DNA of 10,940 bases from Candidatus Rokuibacteriota bacterium (GTDB lineage Bacteria > Methylomirabilota > Methylomirabilia > Rokubacteriales > DASRDR01): NCBI GenBank assembly GCA_044866005.1, contig JBIOTN010000032.1:1-10940 (forward strand), read 5' to 3'. Below are positions 1-6,359 of the stretch, one piece after another. Numbering within the stretch: the stretch's first letter is position 1; every line of letters begins with the position of its first letter. Under the pieces are notes generated by a model. The model worked only from the letters and a program-made list of their open reading frames with translations, was not told the origin of the DNA and did no database searches. The translations under genes and the position numbers were made by a program.

Positions 1-6
1 TGGCGC

Positions 7-112
7 CGGCGGAGCCGGCGCTCGGACGCTCCAGCGGACCTCTCCTCGGCGGCGGAGCCGGCGCTCGGAGGCTCCGGCGGACCTCCCCTCGGCGGCGGAG
101 CCGGCGCTCGGA
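7..112 (+). repeat. 43-bp tandem repeat (about 2.5 units), with a related hairpin copy at 144-167
   Basis: CGGCGGAGCCGGCGCTCGGA occurs at 7-26, 50-69 and 93-112 (period 43). Units 7-49 and 50-92 match at 40/43 positions. A variant, CGGCGGAGCCGCCGCGCGGA, is at 148-167. The period is not a multiple of 3, so the array is probably non-coding. Confidence 0.9.
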
Positions 113-227
113 AGCTTCCGCCTTCGAATCCTTGCCCGCCGTGGCGGCGGCGGAGCCGCCGCGCGGACGCCGCTGAGCACGCGCGTGAACGCTGCCGGCG
201 CAGGTCCCCTGTTGCCGCGTCCGCTTG

Positions 228-233
228 TATACT
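228..233 (+). promoter_or_regulatory. Putative sigma70 -10 element for folE (short-leader or leaderless transcript)
   Basis: TATACT in very GC-rich DNA, 9 nt upstream of the ATG at 243. No clear Shine-Dalgarno and no correctly spaced -35. Confidence 0.55.
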
Positions 234-242
234 GGAAACGCC

Positions 243-818
243 ATGGCGGGCGAAATGCGCGAGCTGGTCGAGCGGCTGCTCAAAGAGCTCGGGGAGGACC
301 CGCGCCGCGAGGGCCTGGAGCGCACGCCGGAGCGTGTCGAGGCCGCCTTCCGCTTCCTCACCTCCGGCTACCGGATGGACCCGAACGACGTCCTGAGCGG
401 CGCGGTGTTCACCGAGGACAAGTACGACGAGATGGTCCTCGTCAAGGACATCGACTTTTTTTCACTCTGTGAACACCACATTCTTCCGTTCGTGGGCAAG
501 GCGCACGTGGCGTACATCCCGGACCGGAAGATCCTCGGGCTGTCCAAGCTGGCGCGGCTGGTCGAGGTGTACAGCCGGCGACTCCAGGTCCAGGAGCGGA
601 TGACCAGCCAGATCGCCCAGAGCCTCTACAATGCCCTGCGCCCGCGCGGGGTCGGCGTCGTGGTCGAGGCCGTTCATCTGTGCATGCTGATGCGCGGCGT
701 AGAGAAGCAGAACTCGAAGGCCGTGACGTCCGCCATGCTGGGCGGGTTCCGCGACCGCCCCGCCACCCGGGCGGAGTTCCTCGAGCTCATCAGGGGTCGC
801 GGCGGCCCCCTCATGTAG
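243..818 (+). CDS. folE: GTP cyclohydrolase I
   Basis: Motifs [43 protein letters not shown] and HLCMLMRGV, with the Zn ligands Cys/His/Cys present. Start is ATG 243 (ATG 255 is an alternative). The TTG at 225 used in the ORF track overlaps the putative -10 element. Confidence 0.97.
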   Translation: MAGEMRELVERLLKELGEDPRREGLERTPERVEAAFRFLTSGYRMDPNDVLSGAVFTEDKYDEMVLVKDIDFFSLCEHHILPFVGKAHVAYIPDRKILGLSKLARLVEVYSRRLQVQERMTSQIAQSLYNALRPRGVGVVVEAVHLCMLMRGVEKQNSKAVTSAMLGGFRDRPATRAEFLELIRGRGGPLM

Positions 819-822
819 GCTT

Positions 823-856
823 CCGCCGGGCCGGCCCGCGCCGCCGCGCCCGGCGG
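823..856 (+). terminator. GC-rich inverted repeat after folE (possible terminator or processing hairpin)
   Basis: CCGCCGGGC (823-831) pairs with GCCCGGCGG (848-856). Large loop and no U-tract, so support is weak. Confidence 0.25.
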
Positions 857-873
857 CCTTCCGCCCGCCCGTC

Positions 874-882
874 TGGTATAAT
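874..882 (+). promoter_or_regulatory. Extended -10 sigma70 promoter for the Fe-S carrier gene and probably downstream genes
   Basis: Perfect TGnTATAAT (TGGTATAAT) in the intergenic space. Shine-Dalgarno AGGAGG at 945-950 precedes the ATG at 956. Confidence 0.75.
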
Positions 883-955
883 CGGACCCGGGTCGCAGGA
901 GCCCGATCCGGGCCGGGGCGGCACGTCAAAAATTTCGTGTTACCAGGAGGTTCGC

Positions 956-1279
956 ATGATCACGCTCACGGAGTCGGCCGCCAAGAAAGTCCAGGACCTG
1001 CGCCTCGAGGAGGGCAAGCCCGACTGGGGGCTCAGGATCCGGGTCGTGGGCGGTGGGTGCTCGGGCTTCTCCTACGAGCTCGGGTGGGAAGACGTCGAGC
1101 AGGAAGGCGATCAGGTCGCCGAGTCGCTCGGCGTCAAGGTCTATGTGGATCCCCAGAGCGTCCAGTACGTCTCCGGGACCGAGATCGACTACGTGGACAG
1201 CCTTTACGGGTCGGGCTTCTCGATCAAGAACCCGAACGTCAAGGGCACCTGCGGCTGCGGCCACTCCTTCCAGGCCTAG
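956..1279 (+). CDS. iscA: A-type iron-sulfur cluster carrier protein (IscA/ErpA/SufA, HesB family)
   Basis: N-terminus MITLTESAAKKV, motifs GGGCSGFSY and NPNVKGTCGCGHSF (three conserved Cys), 107 aa, strong AGGAGG Shine-Dalgarno. IscA, ErpA and SufA cannot be told apart by eye. Confidence 0.93.
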   Translation: MITLTESAAKKVQDLRLEEGKPDWGLRIRVVGGGCSGFSYELGWEDVEQEGDQVAESLGVKVYVDPQSVQYVSGTEIDYVDSLYGSGFSIKNPNVKGTCGCGHSFQA

Positions 1280-1305
1280 TCCCACCGCCCGCCGCGCGGC
1301 CGACC

Positions 1306-1575
1306 GTGAAGGTGACGGTCTGTCTCTTCGCCCGGTATCGTGAGGCGACCGGCCGCGAGCGGGTCGAGGTCGACGTCCCCGAGGACGCCACGGTCGAGGC
1401 CGTCTGGGCCGCCGTGTCGGCCGCCCATCCCGCGCTCGCGCGCTACCGGCCCCACACCCTCTTCGCGATCGGCAACGAGTACGTGAGCGCCGACCGCGCC
1501 GTCCGGGCGGGCGAGGAGGTGGCCTGCTTCCCCCCGATCAGCGGAGGGCGTCGCGGTGTACCGCGTCACCGCTGA
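1306..1575 (+). CDS. moaD: Molybdopterin synthase sulfur carrier subunit (MoaD/ThiS ubiquitin-like fold) with an 8-aa extension after Gly-Gly
   Basis: GTG start, MKVTVCLFARYREATG...AIGNEYV...GEEVACFPPISGG, then RRGVPRHR-stop. Directly upstream of moaE. Confidence 0.88.
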   Translation: MKVTVCLFARYREATGRERVEVDVPEDATVEAVWAAVSAAHPALARYRPHTLFAIGNEYVSADRAVRAGEEVACFPPISGGRRGVPRHR

Positions 1576-1996
1576 GCCGCTCTCGGCCGAGGCCCTGGCC
1601 GACCTCGTCACCGTGCCCGACGCGGGGGGGGTGACGGTGTTCCTCGGCGTCGTCCGCGACAACAATGCGGGACGCCGCGTCGTGTCGCTCGAGTACGAGG
1701 CGCACGTCCCGATGGCCGAGGCGAAGATGAAGGAGATCGGGGAGGCGGTCCACCGGCGTTGGCCCGGCGTCCGGCAGGTCGCCATGGCCCACCGGATCGG
1801 CCGCCTGGCCATCGGGGAGGCGAGCGTGGTCATCGCGGTCTCTGCGGCCCACCGGCACGACGCCTTCGAGGCGTGCCACTTCGCGATCGACCGCCTGAAG
1901 GAGACCGTGCCGATCTGGAAGCGCGAGATCTTCGAGGACGGGGCGGTCTGGGTGGGCCTCCAGGGCGCGGACCCTTCCGGCCCGCCGACGACGTAG
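1556..1996 (+). CDS. moaE: Molybdopterin synthase catalytic subunit
   Basis: Motifs GGVTVFLGVVR, LEYEAHVPMA, HRIGRLAIGEASV, SAAHRHDAF and IDRLKETVPIWKRE. GGAGGG at 1543-1548 lies 7 nt before the GTG at 1556. Confidence 0.95.
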   Translation: MYRVTAEPLSAEALADLVTVPDAGGVTVFLGVVRDNNAGRRVVSLEYEAHVPMAEAKMKEIGEAVHRRWPGVRQVAMAHRIGRLAIGEASVVIAVSAAHRHDAFEACHFAIDRLKETVPIWKREIFEDGAVWVGLQGADPSGPPTT

Positions 1997-2022
1997 GGCG
2001 TACGCCGTGGTCCGGAGCAGCG

Positions 2023-2108
2023 CCCGAGCGGCGGCTTTGCCGCCGGCCCACCCACCCAGCCCCGTGAGATGGGAGAGGCTCGGAGGAGGCCGCCGAGGCC
2101 CCCTCCGA
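2023..2108 (-). repeat. REP-like composite element (large 29-bp palindrome plus small triloop hairpin)
   Basis: Minus strand reads TCGGAGGGGGCC-TCGGC-GGCCTCCTCCGA (2108-2080), then GCCTCTCCC, then CGGCGGC-AAA-GCCGCCG-CTCGG (2045-2024). Matches the copies at 5087 and 9708 and the motif at 3-167. Confidence 0.85.
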
Positions 2109-2137
2109 AGGCCGTAGGCCCCGGCCCCGGGCCCGCC

Positions 2138-3625
2138 ATGGACTCGCATCGCGACGAGGCCCCCGCGGCCGAGACACCCCTCGTGGCGGCGGTGCGAGCG
2201 ACGGTCCGTCGCCACGCGCTGCTGGCGTCCGGGGAGCACGTCCTCGTCGCCGTCTCGGGCGGCCCCGACTCGGTCGCGCTCCTCCACGTGCTCCGGCTCC
2301 TCCAGCCCGGGCTGGGCCTCCAGCTCAGCGTGTGCCACGTCCACCACGGACTCCGCCCGGCGGCCGACCAGGACGCCGAGTTCGTGCGCGGTCTCGCGGC
2401 CCGGCTGGAGTGCCCCGTGACCGTCGAGCGCGTGGTGGTGCCGCTCGGCGCGGGCCGCTCGCTGGAGGAGTCGGCCCGGGCCGTCCGGTACGCCGCCCTG
2501 CGCCGCGTCGCGCGGGAGAGCGGCGCCGTGCGGATCGCGCTCGGCCACACGGCCGACGACCAGGCCGAGACCGTGCTCATGCGCGTCGTCCAGGGCGCGG
2601 GCCCCCGGGGCCTCGCCGGGATCCCCGTCCGCCGCGGCCGGCTCGTGCGCCCGCTCCTCGAGGTCGACCGCGCCACGGTGCTGGCGCACCTCGGCGCGCA
2701 CGGGCTCCCCTTCGTCGAGGACGCGACGAATCGCGACCCGAAGCTCTTGCGGAACCGGATCCGGCACGAGGTTCTGCCGCTCCTCGCCGCGCACGGCTGG
2801 CCCCGGATCGCGGCGGCGCTGCGGCGGACCGGCCGGGCCGCCCGCGAGACGGTGCAGGCGCTCGACGTCCTGCTGGCGCCCTATGCCGCCGGGCTCGTGC
2901 GGCCGGCGGTCGGCGGCTTCACCCTCGACGTGGCGCGCCTGTCGGCTCTCCCGCCCGGTGCCGTGAAGGCGCTGATTCGCCAGGCGCTCGGCAGCCTCGC
3001 CGGCGTGGCGGGCGGGTCGAGCCTGGCGGCGGGACTCCGGGCCCACCATCTCGACGCGCTCGCCGCGCTCCTCGAGGCGCGCGTCGGCGCCCGGGTCCGC
3101 CTGGCGGGCGGGCTCGCGGTGGAGCGCGGTCGCGACGCGCTCTGGGTCACGCCGCCCGCCGGGCCGGCGGTGGTGGTGCCGCTGGCGGCCCCCGGCGAGA
3201 CTCGCATCCCGGGCGCCGGCATCGTCCTCCGCGCCGAGCTCGGGCCGCCCCAGTCCCGGGTGGCCTCGGCCGCGCCCCCGGATCCGGCGCGGGAGGCCTG
3301 GTTCGACCCGGCCGCGCTGCCCGGCCCGGTCCGGGTGCGGGCGCGCCGACCCGGGGACCGCGTGGTGCCGTTCGGCGCGCAGCGCGCCGTGCGCGTCGCG
3401 GGCCTGCTCGCCGCCGCCGGCGTCGCGCGCGGAGCGCGCGACCGCTGGCCGCTCCTCGTGAGCGGCGAGGGCGAGGCCGCGGAGGAGGCGGTCCTCTGGG
3501 TGATCGGCGTCCGGCGGGGAAGCCCGGCCCCGGTGACGCGCGAGACCCGGAGCGTGCTCCGGATCCGGGCCGTCGTCGATCCGACGTGGGACCCGTCACG
3601 CTTGTCGAGGGAGGAGCCGCCGTGA
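2138..3625 (+). CDS. tilS: tRNA(Ile)-lysidine synthetase
   Basis: PP-loop VAVSGGPDS, HVHHGLR, ARAVRY, GHTADDQAETVL, RPLL, DATN and RNRIRHEVLP, plus a C-terminal TilS-like domain (VRARRPGDR...RDRWPLL). ATG 2138 is preferred because the extension from 2069 runs through the repeat. Confidence 0.95.
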   Translation: MDSHRDEAPAAETPLVAAVRATVRRHALLASGEHVLVAVSGGPDSVALLHVLRLLQPGLGLQLSVCHVHHGLRPAADQDAEFVRGLAARLECPVTVERVVVPLGAGRSLEESARAVRYAALRRVARESGAVRIALGHTADDQAETVLMRVVQGAGPRGLAGIPVRRGRLVRPLLEVDRATVLAHLGAHGLPFVEDATNRDPKLLRNRIRHEVLPLLAAHGWPRIAAALRRTGRAARETVQALDVLLAPYAAGLVRPAVGGFTLDVARLSALPPGAVKALIRQALGSLAGVAGGSSLAAGLRAHHLDALAALLEARVGARVRLAGGLAVERGRDALWVTPPAGPAVVVPLAAPGETRIPGAGIVLRAELGPPQSRVASAAPPDPAREAWFDPAALPGPVRVRARRPGDRVVPFGAQRAVRVAGLLAAAGVARGARDRWPLLVSGEGEAAEEAVLWVIGVRRGSPAPVTRETRSVLRIRAVVDPTWDPSRLSREEPP

Positions 3626-5082
3626 ACCGTCTCGCCCTGACCCCCTGCCTTGCCGTTCTCGCCGCCCTCGTGCTGCTCGCCGCGCCCGCGGGCGCGCAGA
3701 CGCCCGCGCCCGAGGCGCTCGACCCCAAGGCGATCCTCCTGAGCCTGGAGCGAGCTTTCGTCTCGGTCGCCGAGCGCGTCATGCCCGCGGTCGTTCACAT
3801 CGACGCGACGCCGAAGGAGGCCACACGCGAGCGTTCCCGGGACCCGCGCGAGCGGATGAGCCCGCCGGAGCGCCGCGAGTTCGAGCGCCGCTTCCGCGAG
3901 TTCTTCGGCGACGATCCCGAGCGCTTCTTCCGCCAGCGGCCCCGGGACCCGCGGGAGAGCCGGAGCCAGGGCTCCGGCGTCATCGTGGACAAGTCGGGCA
4001 TCATCCTCACGAACAACCACCTGATCGAGCAGGCCAGCGAGATCGAGGTGCGCCTCTCCGACCGGCGGAAGTTCAAGGCGAAGGTCGTCGGGCGCGACGC
4101 CAAGACCGACCTGGCGGTCCTCAAGATCGAGGCGACCGCCGACTTCCCGGTCGCGGACCTCGGCGACTCCGACCAGCTGCGCATCGGACAGTGGGCGATC
4201 GCGGTCGGCAACCCCTTCGGCCTGGACCGCACGGTGACCGTCGGGATCATCTCCGCGACCGGCCGGCAGGGCATGGGCGTGGCGACGTACGAGGGATTCA
4301 TCCAGACGGATGCCGCGATCAACCCGGGGAACTCCGGTGGGCCGCTCGTCAACCTCGATGGCAAGGTGGTCGGCATCAACACGGCGATCGTGTCGATCGG
4401 CCAGGGGCTCGGCTTCGCGATCCCCGTCAACATGGCGCGCCGCGTGCTGCCCCAGCTCCTGGCGACCGGCCGCGTGACCCGCGGCTGGCTCGGCGTCCGG
4501 ATCCAGCCGCTGACCGAGGAGCTGGCGCCGGCCTTCGGCGCGACGGAAGGGGAGGGCGTCCTGGTCGCGGACGTCATGTCGGGCAGCCCCGCGGAGTCGG
4601 GCGGGCTCCAGAGCGGCGACGTCATCGTGGAGTTCGAGGGACGGAAGACGAGCGAGGTCCCGGACCTCCAGCGGGTCGTCGCCGACACCGAGCCCGGCAA
4701 GACGGCGCGCCTGACCGTGCTCCGGGATGGGAAGCGTCAGACGCTGGCGGTCAAGATCGGGGAGATGCCGGCCGACGAGCCCGTCGTCGCCTCGCGCGGC
4801 ACCGAGCGCTGGGGGCTCACGGTCCAGCCGATCACCCCCGAGCTGGCGCGCCAGTTCAAGCTCTCGGCGCCCTCGGGCGTGCTGGTCTCCGAGATCGAGG
4901 AGGACAGCCCGGCCTCGCGCGCCGGCCTCCGGCCCGGCGACGCCATCCTCGAGGTGAACCGCCGCCGCGTGCGGGACGTGCGCTCGTTCGAGGAGGCGCT
5001 GGCGGCCTCCGAGCAGGACGCCGTGCTCTTCGTCCAGCGCGAGGGCCGCTCGCAGTACCTGGTCATGAAATCCGAGCGCTGA
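3622..5082 (+). CDS. htrA: Periplasmic serine endoprotease, HtrA/DegP/DegQ (Do) family, with two PDZ domains
   Basis: The GTG overlaps the tilS stop (GTGA), with Shine-Dalgarno GAGGAG at 3611-3616. Signal peptide ending APAGA. Triad motifs LTNNH, TDLAVLKI and IQTDAAINPGNSGGPL. PDZ motifs RGWLGV...SPAESGGLQSGDVI and SPASRAGLRPGDAI. Confidence 0.95.
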   Translation: MNRLALTPCLAVLAALVLLAAPAGAQTPAPEALDPKAILLSLERAFVSVAERVMPAVVHIDATPKEATRERSRDPRERMSPPERREFERRFREFFGDDPERFFRQRPRDPRESRSQGSGVIVDKSGIILTNNHLIEQASEIEVRLSDRRKFKAKVVGRDAKTDLAVLKIEATADFPVADLGDSDQLRIGQWAIAVGNPFGLDRTVTVGIISATGRQGMGVATYEGFIQTDAAINPGNSGGPLVNLDGKVVGINTAIVSIGQGLGFAIPVNMARRVLPQLLATGRVTRGWLGVRIQPLTEELAPAFGATEGEGVLVADVMSGSPAESGGLQSGDVIVEFEGRKTSEVPDLQRVVADTEPGKTARLTVLRDGKRQTLAVKIGEMPADEPVVASRGTERWGLTVQPITPELARQFKLSAPSGVLVSEIEEDSPASRAGLRPGDAILEVNRRRVRDVRSFEEALAASEQDAVLFVQREGRSQYLVMKSER

Positions 5083-5086
5083 ATTC

Positions 5087-5182
5087 TCGGAGGGGGCCTC
5101 GACGGCCCCCTGCGACGGCCTTCGCGGCGACGCCGCGGCCCTCGCCCTTCGGCGAGGGCATCGGGCCTGCCTCCCCCAGGCC
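5087..5182 (+). repeat. REP-like palindrome followed by three further hairpins, between convergent genes
   Basis: TCGGAGGGGGCC-TCGAC-GGCCCCCTGCGA (5087-5115), CGCGGC-GAC-GCCGCG (5123-5137), GCCCTCGCC-CTTC-GGCGAGGGC (5138-5159) and GGCCTG-N7-CAGGCC (5164-5182). Confidence 0.85.
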
Positions 5183-5190
5183 GGCTCGGT

Positions 5191-6318
5191 TCAGCCGCGA
5201 AAGAGCTCGTAGACGACGCTCCAGAGCTTGAGGAAGTCCTCCGCCTGTCGCCACGCGGGCGTGCGCCCTTCGACGTGCGCGAGGAGCTCCACCAGGACGA
5301 GCCGCGTCCGCGCCGGGTCTGCGGCGGCCGCGAGGCGCAGGCTTTCCGTGTAGGGGACGGCCGGGTCGTCGCGCCCGTGGACGAGGAGCAGCCGCCCGCG
5401 GAAGCGGCCCACGGACCGGGCGGGAGAGAGCGCGTCGAGTAGGGCCTGGGTCTCCGGCGGGAGCGCCGCGAGCAGTCCGTCCACGCGCGCCGGGTCCCGG
5501 TTCTCGAGCAAGGCCAGGACCGTCTGCGCCTCGGGCCCGGCCGACGCGGGCAGCGGCTGGCCGGCGAGCGCGGCGCCCACGGCGGCCCGTGCCGCGGGAT
5601 CGCGGACGAGCCCGAGGTCGCCCGCGACGAAGCTCCGCGCGAGCCGGGGATCGACGGGCGCGCGGCCCCCCTGGCCGCCGAAGGCGTAGGCGCCGGTGGT
5701 GAAGTACCGGACGAGCTCGCGGGCCTCCGCGTGGCCGCCGAGGCTGACCACGAGCCTCACGCGCGGCGCCACGCCCGCGTCGGTCGCACCGGCGAGCCCG
5801 GGAGCGAGACCCACGCTGATGCCGACGACGGCCAGCCTGTCGCGGCTGACCGCCGCGTCCGCGGCCAGCCGGGCGAGCGCGGCGCGGACCACGACCGCGT
5901 CGTCGGGGCGGAGCTGCTGCCCGCGCATGCCGGGGAGGTCGGGGACCAGCACGGCCAGTCCGCCGCGGGCGAGGAGCTCGGCCGCCCACGCGAGGCGGCG
6001 GTCGTCCTTCCCCTCGGGCGTGAGGCCGTGGACCAGGACCAGGCCGGGGTGGGGACCCCGGCCCTCCGGTCGCCACAGCGCCGCCGGCTCGCCCGCGCCC
6101 AGCGTGACGGCCTCGCGTGGCGGCGCGGCCGTTCGGGCGGTGAGCCACGGGCGTCCGCCCTCGGTCAGGAACTCGCCGAGAAAGCGGAACGCGGTGGTGG
6201 CGGCGGTGACGCGGAGGCCGAGCGGCAGGGCGAGCAGGAGGAGGGCGAGGCCGGCGAGCCAGCCGGCCAGGAGCCGTCCGGCGGGCCGTGCGAGGACGGC
6301 CGTCAGCCAGCCAGCCAC
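5191..6318 (-). CDS. Membrane-anchored alpha/beta hydrolase-fold protein, substrate unknown
   Basis: N-terminal hydrophobic helix, PGLVLVHG oxyanion motif, LAVLVPDLPG, nucleophile elbow GISVG (GxSxG), LLLVHGRDDPAVP (acid residue) and LLAHVE (candidate catalytic His). Confidence 0.82.
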   Translation of the reverse strand: MAGWLTAVLARPAGRLLAGWLAGLALLLLALPLGLRVTAATTAFRFLGEFLTEGGRPWLTARTAAPPREAVTLGAGEPAALWRPEGRGPHPGLVLVHGLTPEGKDDRRLAWAAELLARGGLAVLVPDLPGMRGQQLRPDDAVVVRAALARLAADAAVSRDRLAVVGISVGLAPGLAGATDAGVAPRVRLVVSLGGHAEARELVRYFTTGAYAFGGQGGRAPVDPRLARSFVAGDLGLVRDPAARAAVGAALAGQPLPASAGPEAQTVLALLENRDPARVDGLLAALPPETQALLDALSPARSVGRFRGRLLLVHGRDDPAVPYTESLRLAAAADPARTRLVLVELLAHVEGRTPAWRQAEDFLKLWSVVYELFRG

Positions 6319-6323
6319 TTCGC

Positions 6324-6330
6324 TATGATA
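6324..6330. promoter_or_regulatory. Overlapping divergent -10 elements (putative bidirectional promoter)
   Basis: TATGAT on + (6324-6329) and TATCAT on - (6330-6325) within a 41-bp divergent intergenic gap. The minus-strand hexamer is 6 nt from the GTG at 6318. Confidence 0.6.
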
Positions 6331-6359
6331 CGGCCACTCGACCGTTCCCGGAGGGGCTC

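Noticed and set aside
7..167. CRISPR array (20-bp repeat with 23-bp spacers)
   Set aside because: The first two putative spacers are 20/23 identical, so this is a tandem duplication. The repeat is short and no cas genes are present.
884..914. SRP RNA or riboswitch in the iscA leader
   Set aside because: Too short, and it lacks the SRP domain IV internal loops or any aptamer consensus I recognise.
680..955. N-terminal extension of the Fe-S carrier ORF (680..1279)
   Set aside because: It overlaps folE out of frame and crosses the promoter. The family N-terminus and a strong Shine-Dalgarno point to ATG 956.
956..1279. Selenocysteine-containing HesB-like protein
   Set aside because: All three conserved positions are TGC codons and there is no in-frame TGA.
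937..1305. Long N-terminal extension of moaD (937..1575)
   Set aside because: It is an Arg/Gly-rich shadow frame over iscA. MoaD homology starts at GTG 1306.
2332..3621. 916-aa HtrA with a large N-terminal domain
   Set aside because: The extension is an alternative frame of tilS with low-complexity Arg/Gly/Pro content. The signal peptide and Shine-Dalgarno mark GTG 3622.
5116..5190. tRNA or tRNA remnant suggested by the multi-hairpin layout
   Set aside because: No T-loop (GTTCRA), D-loop or acceptor stem/CCA pattern. Loop sizes do not fit a cloverleaf.
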